Shown: positions 19,062 through 29,314, counted from the first letter of the stretch. The stretch: 64,000 bases of DNA from Candidatus Latescibacterota bacterium (GCA_965206595.1 OZ242214.1:1312001-1376000), one strand, 5' to 3'. Translations and numbers: made by a program. Notes: generated from the letters alone by a model not told the origin.

Positions 19062-19145
19062 GAGCGCAGACTGCTTGTCGGCGACGACGGTATCGAGGTC
19101 GCCGAGTTCCTTTCGAAACCGGTGGAGCACTGGGTGTGTCCGTGA
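19062..19145 (+). pseudogene. C-terminal stub of an AAA/DUF4143-type ATP-binding protein
   Basis: Reads RRLLVGDDGIEVAEFLSKPVEHWVCP*, resembling the C-terminus of that family from recall; no upstream gene body. Confidence 0.4.
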
Positions 19146-19169
19146 CCGATTCGCACAGGGTTCAATGAG

Positions 19170-19415
19170 ATGAGCAGCGAAACGCCCGCAACCCGTCCTG
19201 ACGGCGAGATCGCCGTCTACGAAACACCGGATGGCGAAGTGCGTGTGGACGTTCGCGTTGGGCAAGAAACCGTTTGGCTGACCCAACGGCAGATGGCGCA
19301 AGTTTTCGACACCACTCCCGAGAACGTCCAGATGCACTTGCGTAACGTATTCTCCAGTGGGGAGTTGGAGGCAGAGGCAACTACCAAGGATTTCTTGGTA
19401 GTTCGAACCGAGGGG
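19170..19415 (+). pseudogene. rhuM: N-terminal fragment of RhuM-family protein
   Basis: 'YETPDGEVRVDV..ETVWLTQRQMAQVF...HLRNVFSSGEL..EATTKDFLVVRTEG', after which similarity stops. Confidence 0.8.
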
Positions 19416-19491
19416 CAGGGCGGTTCACAAATGACGGGGCCACATCAATTCGCGAAGCCGCCGCTTGCGCCGCCGGCCACAGGAGACCGGA

Positions 19492-20301
19492 ATGGATGAG
19501 GACCTGCTGATTCTCGAGCCAGGACAGAAGCGGTTCTTCGACGACAACGGGTACCTGCTGCTGCCCGGCTTCTACAGGGCAGCCCAAATGGGGGAGATGC
19601 GGCGGCAGTACCACGAGCTGGTCACCGACACCGGCGAGCGGCCGAGGAACATGAGCTACTCCTTCATGGAGCCGGTCGCCGGGTACCCTCCCGACCGGTT
19701 CAACCCGAAGAACGTCGTCGGCATGATGGACCAGACCTTGGCCGGCGACTACTGGTTCGACCAGTTCACCGAGCCGCGGATCGTGTCGGTGATGGTCGAC
19801 CTGCTCGGGCCGAACCTCGACTTCCACAACGGCAAGATCCGCAACAAGCCGCCGGGATTCGCCAACACCCAGGGCTGGCACCAGGACTGGCCGTACGAGC
19901 TGCACACCGAGCCCGACCTCGCCGCGGCGATCACCTACCTCGACGCCACCGACGCCGGGGCCGGGGCCACCGAGGTGGTTCCGGGAAGCCACCTCGACGG
20001 CTTCCTGCCGACCGCGGAAGGCGGGCCGACCCTGGTGCAGGAAGAGGTGCCGGAGGAGAGGCGCGCGGTCATCAGGGCGCAACCCGGGGACGTGGCGATC
20101 ATCCACGTCCTGGCGGTGCACCGGGCCGGAAACAACAACACCTCGACGAGCCGCAACGCCATCATCAACGAGTACAAGACCGCGGAGACCATAGACCGCT
20201 GGAACAACCGCTGCGCCTTCGCCGGACTGCCGCTGGCGCGCAACCGCAAGCTGCTGATGCCGCGCGTCAGCGAAGCGGGGAAGGACAGCCGAAAGGGATA
20301 G
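19492..20301 (+). CDS. Phytanoyl-CoA dioxygenase (PhyH) family protein
   Basis: 'FFDDNGYL', HxD in 'WHQDW', 'VVPGSH', 'HRAGNN..SR'; AGGAG RBS. Confidence 0.9.
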   Translation: MDEDLLILEPGQKRFFDDNGYLLLPGFYRAAQMGEMRRQYHELVTDTGERPRNMSYSFMEPVAGYPPDRFNPKNVVGMMDQTLAGDYWFDQFTEPRIVSVMVDLLGPNLDFHNGKIRNKPPGFANTQGWHQDWPYELHTEPDLAAAITYLDATDAGAGATEVVPGSHLDGFLPTAEGGPTLVQEEVPEERRAVIRAQPGDVAIIHVLAVHRAGNNNTSTSRNAIINEYKTAETIDRWNNRCAFAGLPLARNRKLLMPRVSEAGKDSRKG

Positions 20302-20306
20302 CCGAC

Positions 20307-21473
20307 ATGACACAGAGTTGGGAGCGAAGCGACAACGAGGTCCTCGCCACGCTGCAGGACGTGGTGGCGATAGAAAGCGTCAACCCCGCGCTGCCCGGGG
20401 GCCGGGAGGGGGAAGGGGGCATGGTCGAGTACCTGTCCGGCTTCTTCGACGGCGTCGGGTTGCCGTTCGAGCTGTCGGAGGCGCTGCCGGGCCGCCGCAA
20501 CCTCGTTGCCCGGCTCGAGGGGGAAGACCCGGAGCGGGCGCTGCTGTTCGAGTGCCACATGGACACCGCTTCCGTCGAGGTGATGTCGATTCCCCCGTTC
20601 GAGCCGCACATCCGGGACGGCCTGATGTACGGACGCGGCTCCGCGGACACCAAGGCCGGGGGCGTCGCCATGATGCACGCCATGCTGCGCTTGGCCGAGG
20701 CGGGGGAGAAACCGCCGCGCACCATCATCTACGCCGGCTCGGTCGACGAGGAGTACCTGATGAGGGGCGCGCGCCACCTCGCCGGACGCATCGAGGTCGA
20801 GGCCGCGGTCATCGCCGAGCCGACCGACCTCGCGGTGATCCGCGGCCACAAGGGAGTGGTCCGCTTCCACGTCGCCGTCAACGGCAAGGCCGCGCACAGC
20901 TCCAAGCCCTGGCTCGGGGTCAACGCCATCTCGGGGATGGCGCGGCTGGTCACCCGCCTCGAGCAGGTGATCGGCGCCGACTACGCCTCCCGCAACGATC
21001 CCCTGCTCGGCAGCCCGACCCTGAACGTCGGCGTCATCGAGGGGGGCATGCAGGTCAACTTCGTGCCGGACAGCTGCCGCATCGAGGTCGACGTGCGCAC
21101 CATACCGGGGCAGACCGCGGAGGAGGTGACGGCGCAGTTCGCCGCGGCGGTCGCGGAAGTGGAGGGAATCGACGCCGTCCTCGAGGAACCGTCCATCACC
21201 CTGGGAGCCCTGGGTACCGCCGAGGACGCGGAGATCGTGCAGAGCGCGGCCGCCGCCTGCCGCGAGGTCCGGGGGGAGGCGGAAATCGCCGGGGTGCCGT
21301 ACGCCACCGACGGCAGTCCGTTCGCCGACCGCGGCGTGCCGACCATCATCCTCGGGCCGGGCAGCATCGACCAGGCCCACGGCGCCGTCGAGTGGATCGA
21401 GTGCCGGCAGGTGATTCAGGCGGTCGAAGTGTACGAGCGGATCATGATGAGTCCGGGCAAGGGCTCGTCGTGA
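20307..21473 (+). CDS. M20 peptidase / ArgE-DapE family deacylase
   Basis: 'HMDT', 'YGRGSADTKAG', 'DEE', 'AEPT', 'GKAAHSS', 'GPGSIDQAH'. Confidence 0.92.
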   Translation: MTQSWERSDNEVLATLQDVVAIESVNPALPGGREGEGGMVEYLSGFFDGVGLPFELSEALPGRRNLVARLEGEDPERALLFECHMDTASVEVMSIPPFEPHIRDGLMYGRGSADTKAGGVAMMHAMLRLAEAGEKPPRTIIYAGSVDEEYLMRGARHLAGRIEVEAAVIAEPTDLAVIRGHKGVVRFHVAVNGKAAHSSKPWLGVNAISGMARLVTRLEQVIGADYASRNDPLLGSPTLNVGVIEGGMQVNFVPDSCRIEVDVRTIPGQTAEEVTAQFAAAVAEVEGIDAVLEEPSITLGALGTAEDAEIVQSAAAACREVRGEAEIAGVPYATDGSPFADRGVPTIILGPGSIDQAHGAVEWIECRQVIQAVEVYERIMMSPGKGSS

Positions 21474-21529
21474 AGTAACTGGTCTACTGCGGCGACGCTT
21501 GGATTCGGGGGCTCGGCTTGGAAGCTCGC

Positions 21530-22642
21530 TTATTCGCGGCGAGACCCAACCGTCCTGCGGCGCAGTGTGCGCTCGGCGAGAAACTCCGGGTCGGGAGCCG
21601 GCAGGCCTTCGGTGAAGGGCTTGAAGACGCAGCCCTCCGCCAGCTCCATCGCCGGCTGTGAAAGGTCTTGGCGGTAGAAGCGGGAGGAGGGGAACAGGTC
21701 CCCCGGGTAGGTGAAGTTCTCCAGGGTCGCCAGCTCGACGCAGATCGAGCCCCCGAGGGCGCTCTCCAGCATGCCGCCGACCCAGACCGGAATGCCGGCG
21801 TCCCGGGCCATGTCGTGCACTGCCAGGGCGTTGGCAAGGCCCCCGATCCTTCCTGGCTTGATGTTGATGTAGCGGCAGGCCCCGATGCGGATCGCCTGCT
21901 CCGCGGCGCGCACGTCGACGATGGTCTCGTCGAGACAGATCGGGGTGCCGATCCGCTTGGCGAGCTCGGCGTGATCGAGGAGGTCGTTGTAGTGAAGGGG
22001 CTGCTCGATGAAGGCGAGCCCCATGCCGTCGATGGCCTTGAAGAAGGGGAGGTCGTCGAGGCTGTACCCCGAGTTGCAGTCGATGTGGAAGGTCATGTCC
22101 GGGAAGGTCGAGGTGACGACCTGCAGCATCTCGAGGTCCCAGCCCGGGGCCGCTTTCAGCTTGATGCGCGGGAAGCCGGCGTCGACGGCCTTCTGAATGT
22201 TTCCGAGGAGCATGTCGTAGGAATCCTGGATGCCGAAGTCGGCGCCGGCGGCCACGTCCCGCGTCTGTCCGCCGAGCAGCCGGTGCAGGGGGGTTCCGGT
22301 GATCCGGCTCTGCAGCGTCCACCAGCCGATCTCGATGGCCGCCTTGGCGAAGCTGTTCCCCTTGAAGATCGCCAGCCGCTGGTTGAGGTCGGCGGCGGTG
22401 TCGAACTCGCGCCCTGCCACCCAGGGCCCCATCACCTCGGAGACGTGGTAGAAGACCGACCCGGCGCTCTCGTTGAGATAGGTCGGCGCGAAGAAGGGGG
22501 TGCTCTCCGACCAGGCGGCGTGCTCGCCGCTGGTCAACTCGACGAGCACCGAGTGGATGTCGGCGTCCTCGCCGTAGGCGGTGCGCCATGGATAGATCAG
22601 GGGCATCACCGCGTAGTACACGTCTAGTCTGTCGATCCGCAT
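21530..22642 (-). CDS. menC: o-succinylbenzoate synthase / N-succinylamino acid racemase (enolase superfamily)
   Basis: 'PTYLNES', KxK 'RIKLK', 'IDCN', 'IEQPL', 'CLDE', 'NIKPGRIGG', 'WVGGMLES', 'YPGDLFPSSRFY'. Confidence 0.85.
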   Translation of the reverse strand: MRIDRLDVYYAVMPLIYPWRTAYGEDADIHSVLVELTSGEHAAWSESTPFFAPTYLNESAGSVFYHVSEVMGPWVAGREFDTAADLNQRLAIFKGNSFAKAAIEIGWWTLQSRITGTPLHRLLGGQTRDVAAGADFGIQDSYDMLLGNIQKAVDAGFPRIKLKAAPGWDLEMLQVVTSTFPDMTFHIDCNSGYSLDDLPFFKAIDGMGLAFIEQPLHYNDLLDHAELAKRIGTPICLDETIVDVRAAEQAIRIGACRYINIKPGRIGGLANALAVHDMARDAGIPVWVGGMLESALGGSICVELATLENFTYPGDLFPSSRFYRQDLSQPAMELAEGCVFKPFTEGLPAPDPEFLAERTLRRRTVGSRRE

Positions 22643-22897
22643 CTGCCTGCTCCCGGTTTTTCAGCCTTTGCCGCGCCGGGCTTTCCTCTGCGTGGGGCGC
22701 AAGAAGGGGCGCTCCCGCCGTGCAGCGATCCGGCGCGTTCCATGAGGTCAGCCGATAAAGGCGTTTTCCCGGGCAGGGTCAAGCGGTGCCCATGAGGGGC
22801 GCTTCTTGACCTCGGCGGCGAATCGGGCCGTATCATTCCCTGCGGGCGGGGCGTCCTGCCCTTGCCCGATTCTCTAACGAACCGACGGAGGTGACGG

Positions 22898-23761
22898 ATG
22901 ATCGTCGATACGCATGTGCACATCTGGGAGATCCCCCCCAAGGCCCCGGTGGGCCCGACGGCGCCGCGCTGGTCGAGTCTTCCGGACGAGCCGGCGACCG
23001 CGGAGCTGCTGCTCGAGGACATGGACGCCAACGGCGTCGACTGGACCGTCCTCGTGCAGACCTCCTTCTCGACCTGGGACAACGGCTACCTCGCCGACAG
23101 CGCCCGCAAGTACCCCGACCGCTTCGTCGTCCACGGCCTCGTCGACCCGCTGGCCCCCGACAACGCCGGGACCGCGGCCTACTGGATGGACGAGCGCGGC
23201 CTCGCCGGCTTCCGCTTTCACCCGATGTACTACCGGACCGACGACCCGGCCGAGGGCAGCATCCTGACGCGGCCCGAGAACGAAGCGATGTTCGCGGCGA
23301 TAGCGGAGCGCCGCGGCATAATCCAGGTCCACGCCTTCCCCGAGCACGCCGGCCAGCTCGACTACGCCGCGTCCCGCTGGCCGCAGATCACCTGGCTTAT
23401 CGATCACATGATGTACCCGCAGCCGCAGTGGGCTGAGGAGAACTGGGCGCCGTACGACCCGGTGCTGGCCCTGGCCGACCACCCCAACGTCGGCATCAAG
23501 ATCTCCGACGTGCACAACCGCTCGCAGCAGGAGTTCCCGCACGCCGACATGTTGCCGGTGGTTCGCAAGGCGGTGGAGGCCTTCGGCGCGGACCGCATTC
23601 TCTGGGGCACCGGGTACCCGGGGGATCTCCGCGTCAAGCACGGCTGGCCGACGCTGCGGGATGAGCTGCGCATCGTCGAGGAGGCGTTCGACTTTCTCAG
23701 CCCGGAGGAACGCTCCGGAATGCTGGGGGAGAACGCGGCGCGGATCTGGGGGCTGAAATGA
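22898..23761 (+). CDS. Amidohydrolase_2 family protein
   Basis: 'IVDTHVHIW', 'DNGYL', 'IDHM', 'FGADRILWGTGYP', 'GENAARIW'; GGAGG RBS. Confidence 0.9.
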   Translation: MIVDTHVHIWEIPPKAPVGPTAPRWSSLPDEPATAELLLEDMDANGVDWTVLVQTSFSTWDNGYLADSARKYPDRFVVHGLVDPLAPDNAGTAAYWMDERGLAGFRFHPMYYRTDDPAEGSILTRPENEAMFAAIAERRGIIQVHAFPEHAGQLDYAASRWPQITWLIDHMMYPQPQWAEENWAPYDPVLALADHPNVGIKISDVHNRSQQEFPHADMLPVVRKAVEAFGADRILWGTGYPGDLRVKHGWPTLRDELRIVEEAFDFLSPEERSGMLGENAARIWGLK

Positions 23762-23838
23762 GCGTCAGGGACCCCTGATGGACTGCGGAATCAAAATTTC
23801 ACGCCGGAAAGTACGTGCATTTCTTGAACTTGCCCGAC

Positions 23839-26800
23839 CTAACCGTTGGACGTCCTCAACACATCGCGCATGAGCTCCCTGGCCGGCCGGATGCGATTAG
23901 TGAGAATGTCCAGCGCGAAACGTGGTGGCCCCGAGCGCCGACACTCCGCGGCCAGCAACTCCTCTGCCAGGTCCTGGGTTTGCCCTTTCGATGTCGACGC
24001 CAAAAGCCGGACGGTTGACGCGCGAACACTTGGCTCATCATTGTCCATGGCGAACTGTCGAAGAGTTTCCACAACCTCGGGATCTCGTTTCAATCGCGCT
24101 TGGAATGCGTCCAACGCATCCTCGGGGAAATCCCATGGACTTGACGCCGGCCTCGTGACGAACCGGGCAAGGGCTGTAGCTACTTGTTCGCGTGTTCCTT
24201 GTGCACTCAGCAGCCAGAGTTGGGCGCCGACATGGAATCCGCGCCACCTCTGTCTCTCCACAAGATTTCCGTATTCGCGTACCACTATCTCGTGATCCGG
24301 CCAGTGGGATGCCAATCCGACCAGTGCGCCTCCCCGCGACCGCAGATTGTCGCTGGACGCAATAATCGCTGCGACAGCGGAAGAATCTTCGGAGAACTGC
24401 GCCGCCAGACATTTCGACGCTACGACCACGGTTCGGGCATCAGATAAGTGAGTAGGGTTCTGTTCGTCGAACTCCCCTGTCAAGACCCGTTTGCAGCAAT
24501 CCAGTAGCAGCGAGCTGCCGGGTCTGAGGCGTGACAGAGCCGCCAGCCCGGAAGCCTCCAGCACCACAGACTCGTCCCCGCAGTATGCGAGGAATCTCGT
24601 CCTCAAGAGGGATGAGCGGCTTAGGTAGGGTACAAACGCCCTCCAGAAGCCGGCAGGATCGTCGTTCCATCGGCTAAGGCGACTAACTGGAAAGCCCCCC
24701 GTCGCCCTTTCCAGTTCCTCCCATCGCTCTGCCGCCAGTTCAAGAACTGGTGCATAGTCCCTGAACTGATGCACGAGGTCAATTCGGAGGGCCTCGTCGC
24801 CGCGTTCTTCCTTCGCATCTGCGAAGACGTCGAAGCGCCCGAGGGCCAGCAGGCCGCCGAAAGCCGCCGCGCGCAGTTCGTCGTAGTGGGGCCCGATCGC
24901 GTGGAGTTGGTCGCGCAGGACTTCCGTTCTACCCTGAGCCTCGCCGGGTGTTGTGAGCGCAGCATAGGAAAGTCCGATCGTCGCTTGGATCATTGCATGT
25001 TCGTCCGTCTCCAGTTCGCACTGTTGCAGCGCCTCCCGCAACGCATTGTCATCGAAGCGTTGGCTTGCCCTCCTCGCAATGTATCGGCGAAACACCGTCG
25101 GAAGCGGCGCCGCACGCTGCAGTATCAACGGTGCGATCTCCGGGTCGCTGCCGTAGACGCCTGCCATTGCCACCAGAGGGGACGATGGCTCCCGTAGACG
25201 CTCCAATGCGAACTCCCTTACCCTCGGATCGGAGTGAAACCGGGCGATCAGTCCGCCTTCGCCCCTGAACCTGACCGGAGACTTCCTGATATGAGGAAGG
25301 ATTGCGGACACAGCCTCCCCGTCGTCGATCTCGTTTCCGAGGGTGGCAAACCCTTCTATCACGAAGTCCGTGCGCGAGACCTCCGGAAGGTCACAGATCT
25401 CCTTCAGCAGTCGAAAGCTCTCGTCGACCGAACGGACAATCGCCGGTAAGTGATGGGCAATGTGCTGCCGTTCTTCGGGTGGGATCCGCGGGAGCGGTTC
25501 CAGGACAGCAGTAACCTCGGGATCGTCGATCCCCCAGCCATGTAGCAGGCTCCAGACCGGCCAGAATCGCAATTCGCCCGTTTCGGCCGCCCACCTCAGC
25601 ATTGCCCGCTTGGACGCGTCGCTCCTGAGAATCGCGGCCACCTGCGCCACTTCGTGGGGGAGACTCGAGGATTCCTTCTCCTCGAACCAAGTCTCGACGG
25701 CCCTACGCACGTTCGCATGTTCGGACAGGATCGGCTCCAGAAGTTCGTCCTCCGGTCGCGTTCCCCTGAACGGGAAGTAGTCGCCCCTTTCTATTTCCTC
25801 CTGTACCCAGCGGGGCACGCGGGGATCTTCCCGATGGAGCCTCATGAGCATCGATCGGGCGTTTTCGTTGCTGATGTCGTACTTCGGTGGGCCGCGCCAG
25901 CCCACGACCGCCCAACAAGCGTCGTGCAATTCGCCATCGTCCGCCCAGTCCGCGACCAGCGCGTCCATAATCTCCGCGGTGAGGCTGCCCTTGAACCTAT
26001 TCCAACCCGTGCCCAAGGTGCGCAGCAGCGAATCCCTCCCCTCATCACCTCGGCGACCGCGGCGGTACAACGCCAGGGTGGCTACCGTTCGAATTTGAAT
26101 GCTCGGCGAACGCTCAGCCTCGTGCAGCCAGTCGTCCAGACCATCGACGGACGGCCAGCCCCGGCTCAGTGCATCAAGCACCGCCGCCGTCACCCAAGGG
26201 TTCACGGACTCGTGACTGAGTGCGATCAGGCGGCACTCAACCTCGGGGCTCCTACCAAAAGCCCTCGCGAGACTCGCTGCGGCCGCCAGCTGGTTGCTGT
26301 CCCCTTGGAGCACGAGCTGCAGCGTCTGGGCAAGTTCCTTCGTCGGCGGCCACCGACCGAGCTGTGCGTGAAGGTCCGCTTGCCACTCGGTGACCCCGGG
26401 CCACCATCTCGCAAGCCGTGTGACTATCGCCTCGCCGATGGGGCCGGCGCGCGGACCATCCAACGCCAAGCCCAGCAACTCGAGCCCTTCGGTGTCATCC
26501 GTCCCCGCTTCAATCCGACTCAGGCTGTCAAGAGCCGCCTGCCGACCGACCGCCCCCGAGACAGACGCCGTTGCGAACGCGCCGTCCGCGAGCAGCCGCC
26601 GCCGATCCGTCGAGTCCGGTTCCCCCTCTCGTTCGTCCAGTATCGCATCGAGTATCCGCTCCACGTCGGCCCTGCGCTTTAGGGATTGGAGCAGCGCAAG
26701 AATGGCGCCGCGCCAGCGCGGCTCGCCCGCATGGCTGGACACGAACTCAACTTGGTCTTCCAGCGTTCGGGTGGCGAGTTCCAAACCTGCGAGGTGTTCA

Positions 26801-28776
26801 CGAAACGCAGCATGGCAGAACGCGAGTTCCTCCGGACCACACTCGACTAGCAAGCCCGAGGTGTCCGCATCGACGTCCGTCAGTTCCCCCGCCCCGAGTC
26901 GGGCCTGCTCCCTAGACCACGCGGGTCCGCCGTCCGAATCAGCCAAGAAATCCTCGATGATCCGCCGGGCATCGCCGCGATCAATCCCGGCGTCCGCGCC
27001 CCGTACCTGAACCTCGAAAGCCAGCTTCGCTAGAGCTTCGCTGCGAACGTCGTCGGTCGAGAACATGCGGGTTCGTGGTTTCACCTCGGCGGCGGCCGTC
27101 GCACGCCGATTGGGATGCACCTCCAAGAGGATTTCGATGAGTTTCTGAAACAACTGGAATCGTGTGTTCGGTAGGATGATCTGGCGCGCCGCCACCGAGA
27201 GCATCCCGTGGAGCAGCAACGGATTGCCTGCGAGAGACTGCAGGCGACCGTTATGCTCCAGTTGCTGGAAGAACTGCTCGACCCGAAGCGCGACGGGAGT
27301 TGCCACGCTATCGTCCTCGCTCAGGAGCTTGGTCGCGAGGTCGCGCTGTTGGCGCGGGTGCAACTCCACCAGTCGCGCAGTGTTCCAGTGACCGCTCATG
27401 GGGCCCAGGCGGCGCAGCCCGGCCGGGCGCGCGGTCGCTATGGTGAACACGTCGTGGGTGCGAGCGAAGGTTTCGATCGTGGCGAGCGTCGTCCGCGCGG
27501 CCTGTGCGTCGCTGTACTCGTCCAGACCGTCTATCAGCAGCACCAGTCTCTCGTCGAATAGCGCTTCGATAAAGGAGTTCTCCAGTTCGCTTTGGGGTAC
27601 AAACGCCCTGAACGTCTCTCGGATTACCTCCGCCAACCCCACCTCGCGTTGTTCCTTTGCCGCGAGGCGGCTCCAGAGTGCAAAAGGGATGAGCAAAGGT
27701 ATGCGCGCCCCGAGCCGGTCATGGACCCCAGGGAACAGTTCTGGAGTGCGCACCAAGTCGAGAGCCAGGCACCGCAGAACCGTGCTCTTGCCCGAACCGG
27801 GCGCGCCCGAGAGCAGCAGCGCTCGCTCGCCCTGCAACAGCCAGTCGTCGAACGCAACGGAAGGGGCCACGGACGGTTCGCTCGGCGGTCTGCGGGAACC
27901 GGCGGGTTTCCCGGGGTCGCCGTACTTGTCGAACTTCCAGGCATCATCATCCTGTCCGGGCGCTTCGGTGGGCAAGTCCTCCGGCTCCAGCGACGGTTCG
28001 AGAAACGGATTGGCCGGATCGACATTGGGGACGACGAAGCGCTTGCGGATGTCGCGCGCATCCCGCCGCGCCGGGTCAACATTCAACCCCGGGTCGAGTT
28101 GCTGGCTCCGCGCGTCGTAGGTCTCCGCCAGACGTCTCCGCAGTGCAATCACGCGTTGCACCTCCAACGGACGTTTCAGGCTCGCCGTGACCTCCTCGCC
28201 AGCAAAGGCAACGAGCCAGCTCCGACCGAAAAAGTCGTCGACGATCTCCGGATGGGTCCTTAGCTTCTCGCTGAGTTGGGTACCGTCGACACCTTCAAAC
28301 ACGATGCCTTGTTCAAGAAGCCGTGCGGCCTGTGCCTCGATCGTGTCCTGCAGCGCGGTGTCCGCGAGGCTTGCACGGACGCAAAAGACGAAGCGCTCCG
28401 CCGACGCAGCCCAACTTCCCATGAGGAAGTCGTCGACAGCGCTCTCGATGTCGGGCGTGCCCACGTCCTTCCGATTTCGGGCTTGCCAACAGATGTGTCC
28501 ACCGCCAGTTAGACGCGCATAGACGTCGATACCCTCCTGAGCTTGACCGGGTCGCCCGTACCGCGCGCAATACACCACGTCGGAATTCTGGCGCGCCAAG
28601 CGGAACACAAGCCGTTCGAAGTCTTGCCAGGAGAGCTGGTCATAAGGCAATTCCGGAATCCGGGTTTCTGCCGGGGGGGCCTTGACGACCGAATCCGGAA
28701 GCTCCAGGAGACAAGCGGGGGCCGTCTGGGCCCCTGAAGGCACGATCGCGTCCTGCAAAGCTCGACTACCTCCCAA
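23839..28776 (-). CDS. NACHT/STAND NTPase with N-terminal restriction-endonuclease-like domain and helical C-terminal region (NLR-like defence protein)
   Basis: 'LSWQDFERLV...YGRPGQAQEGIDVY...WQAR'; Walker A GAPGSGKS; Walker B LLIDGLDE; 'NPLLL'; 'FCHAAFREHLAG'; codon usage unlike backbone. Confidence 0.85.
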   Translation of the reverse strand: MGGSRALQDAIVPSGAQTAPACLLELPDSVVKAPPAETRIPELPYDQLSWQDFERLVFRLARQNSDVVYCARYGRPGQAQEGIDVYARLTGGGHICWQARNRKDVGTPDIESAVDDFLMGSWAASAERFVFCVRASLADTALQDTIEAQAARLLEQGIVFEGVDGTQLSEKLRTHPEIVDDFFGRSWLVAFAGEEVTASLKRPLEVQRVIALRRRLAETYDARSQQLDPGLNVDPARRDARDIRKRFVVPNVDPANPFLEPSLEPEDLPTEAPGQDDDAWKFDKYGDPGKPAGSRRPPSEPSVAPSVAFDDWLLQGERALLLSGAPGSGKSTVLRCLALDLVRTPELFPGVHDRLGARIPLLIPFALWSRLAAKEQREVGLAEVIRETFRAFVPQSELENSFIEALFDERLVLLIDGLDEYSDAQAARTTLATIETFARTHDVFTIATARPAGLRRLGPMSGHWNTARLVELHPRQQRDLATKLLSEDDSVATPVALRVEQFFQQLEHNGRLQSLAGNPLLLHGMLSVAARQIILPNTRFQLFQKLIEILLEVHPNRRATAAAEVKPRTRMFSTDDVRSEALAKLAFEVQVRGADAGIDRGDARRIIEDFLADSDGGPAWSREQARLGAGELTDVDADTSGLLVECGPEELAFCHAAFREHLAGLELATRTLEDQVEFVSSHAGEPRWRGAILALLQSLKRRADVERILDAILDEREGEPDSTDRRRLLADGAFATASVSGAVGRQAALDSLSRIEAGTDDTEGLELLGLALDGPRAGPIGEAIVTRLARWWPGVTEWQADLHAQLGRWPPTKELAQTLQLVLQGDSNQLAAAASLARAFGRSPEVECRLIALSHESVNPWVTAAVLDALSRGWPSVDGLDDWLHEAERSPSIQIRTVATLALYRRGRRGDEGRDSLLRTLGTGWNRFKGSLTAEIMDALVADWADDGELHDACWAVVGWRGPPKYDISNENARSMLMRLHREDPRVPRWVQEEIERGDYFPFRGTRPEDELLEPILSEHANVRRAVETWFEEKESSSLPHEVAQVAAILRSDASKRAMLRWAAETGELRFWPVWSLLHGWGIDDPEVTAVLEPLPRIPPEERQHIAHHLPAIVRSVDESFRLLKEICDLPEVSRTDFVIEGFATLGNEIDDGEAVSAILPHIRKSPVRFRGEGGLIARFHSDPRVREFALERLREPSSPLVAMAGVYGSDPEIAPLILQRAAPLPTVFRRYIARRASQRFDDNALREALQQCELETDEHAMIQATIGLSYAALTTPGEAQGRTEVLRDQLHAIGPHYDELRAAAFGGLLALGRFDVFADAKEERGDEALRIDLVHQFRDYAPVLELAAERWEELERATGGFPVSRLSRWNDDPAGFWRAFVPYLSRSSLLRTRFLAYCGDESVVLEASGLAALSRLRPGSSLLLDCCKRVLTGEFDEQNPTHLSDARTVVVASKCLAAQFSEDSSAVAAIIASSDNLRSRGGALVGLASHWPDHEIVVREYGNLVERQRWRGFHVGAQLWLLSAQGTREQVATALARFVTRPASSPWDFPEDALDAFQARLKRDPEVVETLRQFAMDNDEPSVRASTVRLLASTSKGQTQDLAEELLAAECRRSGPPRFALDILTNRIRPARELMRDVLRTSNG

Positions 28777-29050
28777 TCACGGCTCGGACGTAACCTCCGC
28801 ACCGGGCGCTGCACGTACTCGATCGCCGCGCAGGTCGCAATCCCTCCCGAAGACACTTCACCGCAGCACCGCGCCCTGCGCTGGCAGGATGATTGAAGTG
28901 CTTTAGTTCCCGCCGTTGGCGGGCTTCGATGGATCCTCTGCGCCGCTTCGATTTCGCCGCCCGTAGGCGGACACCAAAAGCGGGTCCACCTCCGATCACG
29001 CACTCTTGCCGATGACCGATGAAATTGACAGGCGGTCGACGCCGAAGGGT

Positions 29051-29076
29051 TACCGCGCACACATACCGCGCACACA
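29051..29076. repeat. 13-bp tandem duplication inside a GTTACC...GGTAAC palindrome
   Basis: TACCGCGCACACA x2. Confidence 0.9.
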
Positions 29077-29102
29077 TATGGTAACAAGTGGGCGCCCCAG
29101 AG

Positions 29103-29152
29103 TAGGCCAAGAGCAATCACCCGTTCATAGGCCAAGAGCAATCACCCGTTCA
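29103..29152. repeat. Perfect 25-bp tandem duplication
   Basis: TAGGCCAAGAGCAATCACCCGTTCA x2. Confidence 0.95.
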
Positions 29153-29314
29153 AATGTAGAGCCCTAAGCGCACGACAGCACCTTAGAGCGCTGTCTCCGT
29201 AAATTCGGCGCACAATACGACCCGCACATGGACGACCTTGGTCGAGGCCCCGAATCGCCACCGTGGCAAGTCTGAGGCATCTGCGGAGGCGACCAGCGAG
29301 TCGAGCGCTCCGTC

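Noticed and set aside
29051-29152. Possible mini CRISPR array
   Set aside because: Repeats are directly adjacent with no spacers, only two copies each, and no cas genes
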